Positions 1 to 9,149 of a stretch of DNA of 51,796 nt are shown piece by piece. The notes below the pieces were generated by a model that ran no database searches, was not told where the DNA came from, and was given only the letters and a program-made list of their open reading frames with translations. The DNA lies in contig CAZORR010000003.1 of assembly GCA_964582115.1 (NCBI GenBank), forward strand, positions 1 to 51,796, read 5' to 3'. Each line of letters starts with the position of its first letter. The stretch's first letter is position 1. The position numbers and the translations under genes were made by a program. The DNA is from an uncultured Pirellulaceae bacterium. Lineage in GTDB: Bacteria; Planctomycetota; Planctomycetia; Pirellulales; Pirellulaceae.

Positions 1-70
1 GCGATGCCGGAGTGGTTGCAAGATAAATCTCAATGGGTGCTTTGGTAGCCGAACGAGGCGTGGTGTGTTT

Positions 71-117
71 GTAGTAATGCCTTCAGGCTTATCACTCCGA
101 AGTGAACTCGCTAAACC
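71..117 (+). repeat. GTAG-headed REP-like dispersed repeat, copy 1 (47 bp)
   Basis: GTAGTAATGCCTTCAGGC...GAAGTGAACTCGCTAAACC matches the reverse complement of 9072-9118 at 42/47 positions by manual alignment; intergenic. Confidence 0.8.
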
Positions 118-190
118 TAATGCTAGAAACAGTTCAGCTGACGTGACGAATAACCTACCCGATTAAATGCCATCATCTTGGCAGGCAACG

Positions 191-877
191 TTACTCGGTG
201 TGAGTGGTGTCACTCGATTGAGCTGCTTTGACAATGTTGCGGCCAGCGATTTCGCCGAACGCCCATAGTCCGGCGCCAGCAACTGCTCCCAGTGGTCCGG
301 CGGTTACTAGTCCGACTCCAACAGACGTTCCCAGCCCGGTCGCCATTCCGACTTGCTCCGCTGTTTCTGCATCGGCTCCTTTATTCGACGCGACGATTTC
401 GGCGCCTAGTTGAGCCGCATCGGCAAGTAGGAATAATGGCGTCGGTGGTTTCGCGAGGCGCCCGCTGGCGGTGGAGGTCAAGCGTTGTGAGATGGATTTT
501 GCGGCGGACTTGGACGAAAGTTTGGCGGCGCAAGAGGCGATGCGTTGCATGGTACGATCGACTTGTCGACTATCGGCCTGTCCTGTTCGGCACCAGTTGA
601 CGAAATGTTCGCAGTTGTTGCCGAGCAGCGAATAGTTTTTTTCACCGATTCGGCTGGTGGCTCGCGCAATGACTTCGTCGGCGGAGAAGTTTGCGGCAAC
701 GTCCAAGGTCACGATATCGCCTTTGGCTGCCAGTGTTTCGTAGGATTCGATTGTCACTTCGTTGTTTCGCGGTGGCAACTCGCCACTGCCATATTGGATC
801 ACGCGACCGTCGCCCATGTCGATTGCATGGTGTTGGTAAATTCCAAATGAGACCATCAAGTGATCGCCTTTTGCCAT
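191..877 (-). CDS. LRAT/NC-domain (permuted papain-like NlpC/P60) acyltransferase or phospholipase family protein with Gly/Ala-rich hydrophobic C-terminus
   Basis: H-box GIYQHHAIDMGDGRVIQY and NC motif YSLLGNNCEHFVNWCRTG; GGAGA RBS upstream of ATG at 877. Confidence 0.85.
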   Translation of the reverse strand: MAKGDHLMVSFGIYQHHAIDMGDGRVIQYGSGELPPRNNEVTIESYETLAAKGDIVTLDVAANFSADEVIARATSRIGEKNYSLLGNNCEHFVNWCRTGQADSRQVDRTMQRIASCAAKLSSKSAAKSISQRLTSTASGRLAKPPTPLFLLADAAQLGAEIVASNKGADAETAEQVGMATGLGTSVGVGLVTAGPLGAVAGAGLWAFGEIAGRNIVKAAQSSDTTHTE

Positions 878-1078
878 CAATCATTCTCCGCTGAGTAAAG
901 TTAAAGGGGCGTGTTGTGATTCGGCCACCTATTGTTAATCTTTGCGTTGGTCGGTCCAAATTCAAGCAATATTTGGAAAAACAGCATCCAATGCACTGCT
1001 AAATCAGTGTTTTCCGGCGTTTCGACACGTTTGATGGGCTCGATTGTCTGATCGCAAACCACCCGCATAACCCGCGCA

Positions 1079-2887
1079 CTAAGCGATTCGAGCTTCGAGT
1101 TCTTCCCACCGCGAGTAAGCCGTTTTTAGTTGCTCGTTGAGTTTGGTGATTTCTTGTTGGGCGCTGGCGATTTCATCTTTGGGGCCTTGGTAGAACTGCG
1201 GGTCGGCCATCGTCTGGGTCAACGTCTCGATTGACGCTTCTAGCTTTTCAATGTTGCCTGGCAACTGATCGAGTTCTTGTTGTTCTTTGAACGATAGTTT
1301 TTTTGGTTTGTCGTCAGCCTTGCGTTTTTTCTTTCCAGACTTGGCAAGCTTGGCAGACGGTTTCTTTGTTTCCACGGTTGCGTTACGTTCGGCCAATTGC
1401 CGCTGCCAATCGTCATACCCGCCTACGTACTCTCGTAGGCCATCTGGTTCGAACACGATCGTGCTGGTGACAACGTTATTCAAAAACGCGCGGTCGTGAC
1501 TGACCATCAGCACGGTGCCGGAAAATTGAACCAGTCGTTCTTCCAACAGTTCCAAGGTTTCAGAATCCAAATCGTTGGTCGGTTCGTCGAGCACGATGAC
1601 GTTGGCGGGTTGGGCAAACAGTTTCGCCAACAGAATCCGATTCTTTTCACCACCGGACAAAAACTTGACTTGCGTACGGGCTCGATCGGGAGCGAACAAG
1701 AAATCTTGCAGGTAGCCCAGGACGTGTTTTTTGACACCGTTGATCACGACTGAATCGGATTCACCACCAACGTTCTGTTGAACGGTTTGTTCGCCGTCCA
1801 GTTGTTGTCGCAACTGATCGAAGTAAGCGATTTGCAAGTTGGTGCCAACCTTGATCGTGCCGCTGGTAGGTTCCAGTTGCCCGAGTAGGGTTTTGAGCAA
1901 GGTGGTTTTGCCGGCGCCGTTGTGGCCGATAATTCCGATCTTGTCTTCTCGCATGATGGTGGTCGAAAAGTTTTCGAACACTTTGTGGTCACCATATTCG
2001 AACGAGACATCGGTTGCTTCGACGATCAGGTTTCCACTGCGTTTTCCTTCTTGGATTTGCAGGTTCGAGGTGCCAACTTTTGAACGCCGCTCGCTTCGTT
2101 CGGCTCGCATCGCCTTGAGCGCTCGGACTCGCCCTTCGTTTCGGGTCCGCCGGGCTTTGATGCCTTTGCGAATCCAGACTTCTTCTTCGGCCAGTTTTTT
2201 GTCGAACAGTGCGTTTTGTTTTTCTTCGGCGGCCAAGGCGTCTTGTTTGCGTTGTAAAAACGTTTGGTAGTCGCAGCTCCAGTCGAATAAACGTCCTCGA
2301 TCGATTTCTAGGATGCGATTGGACAGCCGTTGCAAGAACATGCGGTCGTGCGTCACAAACAAAAACGAAGTCCGCATTTTCAGCAAGAAGTCTTCCAACC
2401 AGGCGATCGAGTCGATGTCCAAGTGGTTGGTCGGTTCGTCCAGTAATAGTAAGTCGGGTTTGGAAACCAACGCTCGAGCGAGTAGTACGCGACGTTTCAT
2501 GCCGGAGGATAGTTTTTCGAAACGACCGGTTGGGTCGAGTCCCATTTGAGACAGAATCTTTTCGACCTGAAGTTCAGCTTCCCAGTCTTCTAGGTCGAGT
2601 TCTGGGTTTTCGGCTAGGCCGGCGCGGACGACATCGAAGTTGCTGGATTCGATGTCGCGTGGGACTTCCTGGCGCAGCATCGCTAGGTGCACGCCTTGGT
2701 GGATCTGGATGGTACCCGAGTCCGGCTGTTGTTGGCCGGACAGCATTTTCATTAGGGTTGTTTTTCCTGCGCCGTTGCGGCCCAGCAATCCGATGCGTTG
2801 TTGAGGTTCGATTTGAAAGTTGACGGCGTCTAAAAGATTAGGGCCACGGAAGCCGATCGAAAGATCTTGGACGGTAACGAGGGACAT
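1079..2887 (-). CDS. uup: ABC-F family ATPase, Uup-type
   Basis: Two ABC cassettes (GRNGAGKT/LSSG/LLLDEPTNHLD and GHNGAGKT/LSGGE/IVLDEPTNDLD), linker GIKARRTRNEGRVRAL, C-terminal KLSFKEQ...YSRWEELE coiled coil, no TM helices. Confidence 0.92.
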   Translation of the reverse strand: MSLVTVQDLSIGFRGPNLLDAVNFQIEPQQRIGLLGRNGAGKTTLMKMLSGQQQPDSGTIQIHQGVHLAMLRQEVPRDIESSNFDVVRAGLAENPELDLEDWEAELQVEKILSQMGLDPTGRFEKLSSGMKRRVLLARALVSKPDLLLLDEPTNHLDIDSIAWLEDFLLKMRTSFLFVTHDRMFLQRLSNRILEIDRGRLFDWSCDYQTFLQRKQDALAAEEKQNALFDKKLAEEEVWIRKGIKARRTRNEGRVRALKAMRAERSERRSKVGTSNLQIQEGKRSGNLIVEATDVSFEYGDHKVFENFSTTIMREDKIGIIGHNGAGKTTLLKTLLGQLEPTSGTIKVGTNLQIAYFDQLRQQLDGEQTVQQNVGGESDSVVINGVKKHVLGYLQDFLFAPDRARTQVKFLSGGEKNRILLAKLFAQPANVIVLDEPTNDLDSETLELLEERLVQFSGTVLMVSHDRAFLNNVVTSTIVFEPDGLREYVGGYDDWQRQLAERNATVETKKPSAKLAKSGKKKRKADDKPKKLSFKEQQELDQLPGNIEKLEASIETLTQTMADPQFYQGPKDEIASAQQEITKLNEQLKTAYSRWEELEARIA

Positions 2888-2980
2888 CGTGAGTGGGTTT
2901 CGATTCTTTGTTGGCGAAGGAGCGCGTCTAATCCAAAGACTTGAACGACAGCGGATTTAGTGATGGTAGAAGTTGTGGTA

Positions 2981-3331
2981 TTAAATTTCGATTTGGTTGA
3001 TTTTTGCCGCCAAAATGAAATCGTTTTCACTCAGCCCACCGATGTCATGTGTCCAGATTTCGATGGCCACGTTTCTATAGTCGACTAAGTGCAAGTCGGG
3101 ATGGTGTGCTTCGGCTTCGGCGACTTCCGCTACTTTCGTGAAGAAGTCGATCCCTTCCATGAAATTTCGCACTGTCCAGTGCTTACAAATACGTTGGTTG
3201 TCACTGGTCAGTTCCCAGCCTTCGAGTTCGTTGAGCTGTTGCTGTGAAAAATCTAGGCTGCACGGTTCGTCACCGACACTGCAAGGGGTACACTTGGCTG
3301 CGCTTAATTGTTCCGAATTTTGGATTTCCAT
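2981..3331 (-). CDS. phhB: pterin-4-alpha-carbinolamine dehydratase
   Basis: AEAEAHHPDL and IWTHDIGGLSENDFILAAKI signatures. Confidence 0.9.
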   Translation of the reverse strand: MEIQNSEQLSAAKCTPCSVGDEPCSLDFSQQQLNELEGWELTSDNQRICKHWTVRNFMEGIDFFTKVAEVAEAEAHHPDLHLVDYRNVAIEIWTHDIGGLSENDFILAAKINQIEI

Positions 3332-3664
3332 TTGACTTGCCTAAAATTTGACTCGCCTGAAGTAAGCACTTGCTTGCTTGAAAAGTTGAGTGTGATAACT
3401 TGGTCGACGTTTGAATTGTCAGATCGTGACGGCGAGTATTCTAGAGCAATGCGGCGGATGCAATTACCCGAAATCGGGCCAAACTAGCCGCAACCTGGGA
3501 CATTTTTTAGGTGTCGTGTTCTGGTTTCCAATTATTGTCCCGGTTCACTAACCTTGTTTTACCGCGTATCATTGTGGTTTCGCCGATGACGGCCCGGTGC
3601 CGTTTTTATAATCAGTATTGGTTGCTTCGGTTATTGCCTACGTTTTTTCTGTTGTTCGAATTTC

Positions 3665-4696
3665 ATGCAAGCGTTTTTTCGTATCATCTGTTTGAGTCTG
3701 TTGTGTTTGGTTGGTTGTGATTCTCCCGCAAAAGTGGAGACACCGGCTAGTGATTCTGGTCTAGGCCATGGGGCTGCCGGTGTGGCGACGGTTCGCGAGT
3801 TTATGTTGTCTTACGGGGCTGAGATCTTGGACGTACCCGCTGGTGCAACGGTCAAGGTTTGGATGCCCATCGCTCAGTCGAGCCCGCAGCAGGATGTCGA
3901 GTTGACCGGTAAAGCGGCTCCGAGTGATTTGCAAATCAATCAAGATTCCAGCTACGGTAATCAGATCGGGTATTTCGAGGTCCAGCAACAGGCAGCCGGT
4001 GATCAGATTGAATTTTCGTTGCAGTACAACGTCGCCCGGAAACAAGCCGGTTTGGACGATAGGGAAAAAACGCTTGAACAAGATGTTTCAGGCCAGTTCT
4101 TGAATGCGAATCGGTTGGTTCCTAAAACTGGAAAACCGATTGAATTGTTGGCAGACCATAGTGTCCCCGAGGATCCTCGCGCCGCCGGCGAATTGTTGTA
4201 TTCGATCGTTGAACAGCACATGAAGTATGACAAGTCGAAACCAGGTTATGGTAACGGCGATTCTGTTTGGGCTTGCGACAGCAAGACAGGTAATTGTACC
4301 GATTTCCATAGTCTGTTCATTTCGTTGGCGCGAAGCCGCAACATTCCGGCTCGATTTCAAATTGGTTTTTCGATTCCGACGGACAAACCCGCCGGCACCA
4401 TTGGCGGGTATCACTGCTGGGCTTGGTTTCATGTGGCTGGCCAAGGTTGGTTGCCCGTTGATATTTCAGAAGCTGACAAACACCCAGAAATGAAATCGTT
4501 CTTTTGTGGTAACTTAACGCCAGATCGAGTGACGTTTTCGACTGGAAGAGATATTCGGTTGGTGCCAGCCAGCAAAACGGAATCGCTTAATTACTTTGTG
4601 TATCCGCATGTTGAAGTCGATGGCCAACAATGGCCTAAGGACAAGATTAAGCTCGACTTTCATTACGAAAATAAACCTTCTGGCGATGAGAAATAA
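3665..4696 (+). CDS. transglutaminase-like domain lipoprotein
   Basis: Lipobox LVGC; Cys-His-Asp triad motifs GNCTDFHSLF, YHCWA, WLPVD. Confidence 0.85.
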   Translation: MQAFFRIICLSLLCLVGCDSPAKVETPASDSGLGHGAAGVATVREFMLSYGAEILDVPAGATVKVWMPIAQSSPQQDVELTGKAAPSDLQINQDSSYGNQIGYFEVQQQAAGDQIEFSLQYNVARKQAGLDDREKTLEQDVSGQFLNANRLVPKTGKPIELLADHSVPEDPRAAGELLYSIVEQHMKYDKSKPGYGNGDSVWACDSKTGNCTDFHSLFISLARSRNIPARFQIGFSIPTDKPAGTIGGYHCWAWFHVAGQGWLPVDISEADKHPEMKSFFCGNLTPDRVTFSTGRDIRLVPASKTESLNYFVYPHVEVDGQQWPKDKIKLDFHYENKPSGDEK

Positions 4697-4699
4697 CCC

Positions 4700-4963
4700 G
4701 TGAAATCTGAGCGATCAATGGGAGTTTTCATTTTCGTCTGCTCGTTAATATGCTTGGTAATTGCAGCTGATAAGTATTATTCAGCGATTGCGACGGCGAC
4801 TGTGGCGGCGAGTGAACTTGCCAAGGAAATCCCCGGTTTCGAACTTGAATCGGTCGGTATTCCGAATGTGACGCTGGCTTGTGGAACGGTCGGCGTGATG
4901 CTGCTGGTCGCCAGCGTGATCTTGATTTTCAATTCGTTTCGACAAATCGAATCGGATTCGTAA
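4700..4963 (+). CDS. small two-TM membrane protein, hypothetical
   Basis: Starts 3 bp after the transglutaminase gene; two hydrophobic segments. Confidence 0.65.
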   Translation: MKSERSMGVFIFVCSLICLVIAADKYYSAIATATVAASELAKEIPGFELESVGIPNVTLACGTVGVMLLVASVILIFNSFRQIESDS

Positions 4964-5189
4964 GTGGTGCTGAAAGCACAGAGCGAAACCCAAAATCCAC
5001 CGATTTGCATGCGATTGGTTACCGCTAGAGGATAGCGTTTCTTTGTCTATTTTTGTTTCAGCGGTTGCGAAACGTCGTTCGATTCCGACAATACCATCTT
5101 CATCATAAATTCATCATTCTCCATTGCGGAGCAAAGCTGAAGAAATCTCCAGCTTCGCCGCCATCAACATTAATAATATTGGAAAACTA

Positions 5190-6758
5190 ATGGGTTCTCC
5201 CAGAATCAAACGAGCTTTGATCAGCGTCAGTAACAAAATGGGCGTTGTCGATTTTGCAAAAGGGCTGGTTGATTCCGGCGTGGAAATTTACAGCACCGGT
5301 GGCACTCGTCGTCATCTGGAGGATGCTGGCATTCCCGTGATCGATGTTGCTGAATACACGAAGTTCCCCGAGATGATGGACGGCCGCGTCAAAACGCTTC
5401 ATCCGAAGATCTTTGCGGGCGTTTTGGCGCGCCGCAATAACGATAGTGACATGCAGTCGCTGGAAGAGCACGACATTTCGACTTTTGAATTAGTTGTTGT
5501 TAATCTCTATCCGTTTGCTGCAACCATCGCTCGTCCTGGCGTTTTGCAGCATGAAGCGATTGCACAAATTGATATCGGTGGGCCAAGTTTGATTCGTGCC
5601 GCGGCTAAGAACTACGATTTCGTTACGATCGTTTGTAGTCCAGATCAGTACGCGAGAGTGTTGAGTGAGATTGGCGAAGAGGGATGCACCCAAACTTCGA
5701 CTCGTCGCAAGTTGATGGGGCAAGCGTTCGAGCACACCGCGACGTACGACAGAACGATTGCCAGTTACTTTTCGGGGCAGACCGAAGGTGAAACGTTCCC
5801 GGCGACCCAGCGTTTGGTGATGCACCGAAAGAATACGCTGCGGTACGGTGAGAATAGCCATCAAGAAGCCGCGCTTTACAGCACTGGCGATTGCCACGAT
5901 GCTAACTTGGTCGATGCGCGTCAACTTAACGGAAAAGACTTGTCGTACAACAACCTGTTAGATTTGGACAGCGCGTTGTCGATCGTGCGTTTGCAATCCA
6001 AGCCAGCTTGTGCCGTCATTAAGCACAACAATCCTTGCGGGGCAGCGATTGCCGATACGTTGGCGGAAGCCTGCCGCAAAGGTTTTGCGGGGGATCCAGT
6101 CAGTGCTTTTGGCAGTGTGATTGGCTTGAACCAAGCGGTTGATGCGGAAACTGCCGACTTTTTGGCCAGTGGTAACTTCTTTATTGAAGCGATCGTGGCC
6201 CCCGATTTTACGTCGGAAGCGCAGGAGATTTTGACCACAAAGCCTAAGTGGAAAAAGAACGTTCGGTTATTGAAAGTTGGTGACCTGGCTCCTGCTGAAG
6301 CGACTTGGGAGTATCGGTTTTTGTTGGGTGGAATGCTGGTTCAAGATATCGATAACCAACCGGAAGACGCTTCACAATGGAAAGTCGCAACGGAAACGCC
6401 AGTTGATGACGCTTTGATGGAAGAGCTTAAGTTCGGTTGGTCGATGGTGCGCTATATCAAGTCCAATGCAATTTGCCTGTCGAAAGACTTGGCGTTGGTG
6501 GGCGTCGGGGCTGGCCAAATGAGCCGAGTTGATTCGGTGGAGATGTCGATCAAGAAAGCTGGCGATCGAGCCAAGGGTGCAGTGCTTTCGTCAGATGCCT
6601 TTTTCCCGTTTGCGGATTCGATCGAATTTGCGGCTAAGGCTGGCATCGCGGCGATTATCCAACCGGGTGGCAGCGTGCGAGATCAGGAAGTGATTGACGC
6701 GTGCAATCAGCATGGAATCCCGATGTTGTTTGCCGGTAAACGCCACTTCCGGCACTAA
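5190..6758 (+). CDS. purH: bifunctional AICAR transformylase/IMP cyclohydrolase
   Basis: RALISVSNK, STGGT, GRVKTLHP, IDIGGP, LRYGEN, KHNNPCG, GAGQMSRVDS, IIQPGGSVRD, RHFRH; ATG at 5190 preferred over TTG at 5124. Confidence 0.97.
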   Translation: MGSPRIKRALISVSNKMGVVDFAKGLVDSGVEIYSTGGTRRHLEDAGIPVIDVAEYTKFPEMMDGRVKTLHPKIFAGVLARRNNDSDMQSLEEHDISTFELVVVNLYPFAATIARPGVLQHEAIAQIDIGGPSLIRAAAKNYDFVTIVCSPDQYARVLSEIGEEGCTQTSTRRKLMGQAFEHTATYDRTIASYFSGQTEGETFPATQRLVMHRKNTLRYGENSHQEAALYSTGDCHDANLVDARQLNGKDLSYNNLLDLDSALSIVRLQSKPACAVIKHNNPCGAAIADTLAEACRKGFAGDPVSAFGSVIGLNQAVDAETADFLASGNFFIEAIVAPDFTSEAQEILTTKPKWKKNVRLLKVGDLAPAEATWEYRFLLGGMLVQDIDNQPEDASQWKVATETPVDDALMEELKFGWSMVRYIKSNAICLSKDLALVGVGAGQMSRVDSVEMSIKKAGDRAKGAVLSSDAFFPFADSIEFAAKAGIAAIIQPGGSVRDQEVIDACNQHGIPMLFAGKRHFRH

Positions 6759-6803
6759 GAAATGGCAGGGCTTCGTCGGTTCTGTCGTTTTGAGTGGATC
6801 GGT

Positions 6804-6992
6804 CTACATGCCTTCTTTTGCATTGCCGTGTTCGTCGTATCGCATGAAGCCAAAGTAAAAAAAGGCGAAAATGCCGATTGGAATTGCCGAGAAAAACAGC
6901 GGGTGCTTCAACACGCCCAGTACTGCCCCAAATAAGAAGATGACAATCCAAGCGACCCAAGAGTCTCGCATTAATCCTTGATATCGCTTCAC
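6804..6992 (-). CDS. small membrane protein, hypothetical
   Basis: 62 aa, two hydrophobic helices, AAAGGA upstream of GTG; fills the gap between purH and the next gene. Confidence 0.55.
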   Translation of the reverse strand: MKRYQGLMRDSWVAWIVIFLFGAVLGVLKHPLFFSAIPIGIFAFFYFGFMRYDEHGNAKEGM

Positions 6993-7154
6993 TGTAGATT
7001 TCCTTTGACGTCGGTGTGAGATGTCGTTTTGGTTGGGGCTGGTGGATTAGTTTGCGGCAAGGGAGTTTTTTCGCCAGCCAGCCGAATTTGGCCACTCTTG
7101 TGATTATGAATTCGTTAAACTCATTCTAACGAAACTCTCGCAACTTTAATAGGA

Positions 7155-7718
7155 ATGGACGTATCGGTGCCGATCGAGTTCAAGTGTCAAAGCTGTCAGA
7201 AAACGCTGCGTGTCGCCGATGAATTCGCTGGGCGCAAAGCGAAATGTCCCAATTGCCAAACCGTCTTGCAAGTAGAGGACCGAGCTGACGTGTTTGAATC
7301 GTTAGCGCCAGCACCAACACCAACACCGTTTGAGAGCGAGCTTCCTCCTTTGCAGCAGCCCCCTGTCGGGCAGCCAGGGATCCCCAATGCATCTCCGTTT
7401 GCGACAGGTAACCCCTACGGTGCACCGTCGCACGTGGAAGATTATCGCCGTTTCAGCGGTGCCCCTCATCGAGGCGGGCTAGTTTTGGGGCTTGGGATTG
7501 GGGCTTTTTTTTGTAATGTTTTCTTAATTCCTGGGATTCTCGCGTTCGTCTTTGGTTTGAGTGACTTGCGGAAGATGCGAGAAGGGAAAATGGACCGAGA
7601 AGGCCATGGGATGACGTTGGCCGGCACGATCCTTGGTGGAATCATGACAGTTATGGCTGGATTGGTTGTTCTGTTTTACATTTTGATTTTTGTCATCGTT
7701 GTGGTTGGCAACCTGTAA
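7155..7718 (+). CDS. zinc-ribbon, Pro-rich linker, DUF4190-like membrane protein
   Basis: CQSC...CPNC, NPFA/NPYG-type Pro-rich linker, PHRGG-TM...DLRKMREG..D.EG...TLAG..LG-TM. Confidence 0.8.
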   Translation: MDVSVPIEFKCQSCQKTLRVADEFAGRKAKCPNCQTVLQVEDRADVFESLAPAPTPTPFESELPPLQQPPVGQPGIPNASPFATGNPYGAPSHVEDYRRFSGAPHRGGLVLGLGIGAFFCNVFLIPGILAFVFGLSDLRKMREGKMDREGHGMTLAGTILGGIMTVMAGLVVLFYILIFVIVVVGNL

Positions 7719-7844
7719 CATGACCACCTTGGTTTTGCTGTTGTGGCAGTTTTTAGAATTTCGTGTTTTTTGTCCAAGCACGGGCGTAGTTAAACGAAAG
7801 CGTATTACTGCCAACAGAATCTTCACTCAATTGAAAGGTTAGTC

Positions 7845-8924
7845 ATGGACCCGCTAAAAAAAGACAGTGATCATAATACTAAAATCGCGAATTCAGGATC
7901 GAGTGATTCTGATCTAGCAACCACAGAAAACGGATCGCTTTACGAATCCATGGTTTATGGGCTCTCGCTTCCTGAGCGAACTGTTCGTAGTGTTGCTGCG
8001 TTGGTCAGTGGGGCGGCGGGTGAATCGGTTGCGTTGATTGTGCCACGATCATTTCAGGATTCGAAGTCCTATCGCGTTTTTGTGCAACAGACGCTGGACA
8101 TGCTGTCTCATGATGTTGGCGGTGTAAAGAAAGAGTCCGACGAAACGGAAGAGACGACCGAGACTGAGGTTGCGGAAAACTACGTTGCCAGAAAAACGGT
8201 TGGCACGTTCATTGATTTAGCGGGAATGTCGATGATGCACGTGTCGCCGTTGACCGTATTGGCGATCGTCAGCGATGTGGCTCATGGATCGACTTATTAT
8301 TTAAATGAACTCGCCAGCGAACTGAAAGCGCAAGGCGTGATCGATGAAGACTCGACGATCAGCAACACCGCAGATTTGTTGGCCAGCATTGGTGATGCGT
8401 CGGCGAATACCGCCGATCAATTTGACACGCCGCCGATTGATTTAAAGGGCTTGGCGGACACGATTCGACAAACTCAGGATCAGTTGTCAGGAATCGATCC
8501 ATCTAAATTGATTCCGCAATCGGAAATCAATTCGTTATGGGCGGACATGAGTGATTTGGCAACCAAGGAACATGTTAGTTTGTTTCAGTTGTCGAGTGCT
8601 GTGACGATGTATTCGCTGAATCAAGTATCTACGGCGACGCAGGGAACGTTGGCGACCATTCGGGTCACGGGTAACATTTTGGACGAGCATTTTTTTGATC
8701 ACTATCGAACGGCAATTGGTACCATCGCCGAAGATGGGATTTATAGCGTATTGGCCGAAACGAGTCAGCCTTATTTGGACGCGGTTTGGTTCAATTTTTC
8801 GAACGACCGATCGACGATTACCGAAGACTTGGTTAGCGGGAAGCTGTTTAACCAGGCGATCGATAGTGTAACGGGATGGTTTTCTGGCAGCGGCGACGAG
8901 GACGGTGGTGATCCCAAACCGTAA
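7845..8924 (+). CDS. hypothetical protein (acidic, probably alpha-helical)
   Basis: 359-aa ORF with GAAAGG RBS; no motif recognised. Confidence 0.8.
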   Translation: MDPLKKDSDHNTKIANSGSSDSDLATTENGSLYESMVYGLSLPERTVRSVAALVSGAAGESVALIVPRSFQDSKSYRVFVQQTLDMLSHDVGGVKKESDETEETTETEVAENYVARKTVGTFIDLAGMSMMHVSPLTVLAIVSDVAHGSTYYLNELASELKAQGVIDEDSTISNTADLLASIGDASANTADQFDTPPIDLKGLADTIRQTQDQLSGIDPSKLIPQSEINSLWADMSDLATKEHVSLFQLSSAVTMYSLNQVSTATQGTLATIRVTGNILDEHFFDHYRTAIGTIAEDGIYSVLAETSQPYLDAVWFNFSNDRSTITEDLVSGKLFNQAIDSVTGWFSGSGDEDGGDPKP

Positions 8925-9024
8925 GGACTGCATCGAATTAAGCCGCACCGGAGAGCGTGGCATTTAATCGGACCGGTGGTTCATATCGTTCACTGAACGT
9001 TTTCTCGTATCAACCTTTTGGTGC

Positions 9025-9046
9025 CGGGCAAGAGTTCCCATCCTAC
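9025..9046 (-). repeat. second GTAG-headed REP-like palindrome
   Basis: Minus strand reads GTAGGATGGGAACTCTTGCCCG (GTAG head plus imperfect hairpin); lies between convergent genes. Confidence 0.45.
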
Positions 9047-9071
9047 GGAGGAACTCGCCTTGCCGCTAGGC

Positions 9072-9118
9072 GGTTTAGCGAGTTCACTTCGAGGCGAAAA
9101 GCCTAAAGGCATTACTAC
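9072..9118 (-). repeat. GTAG-headed REP-like dispersed repeat, copy 2
   Basis: Inverted copy of 71-117 (42/47 identical). Confidence 0.8.
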
Positions 9119-9149
9119 GAACTCATCTTAAAAAATGTCAGGCTCCCAG

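Noticed and set aside
191..877. LRAT protein as the N-acyltransferase for the FAAL-ACP-AOS product
   Set aside because: Chemically attractive, but the genes are 33 kb apart with no linkage evidence.
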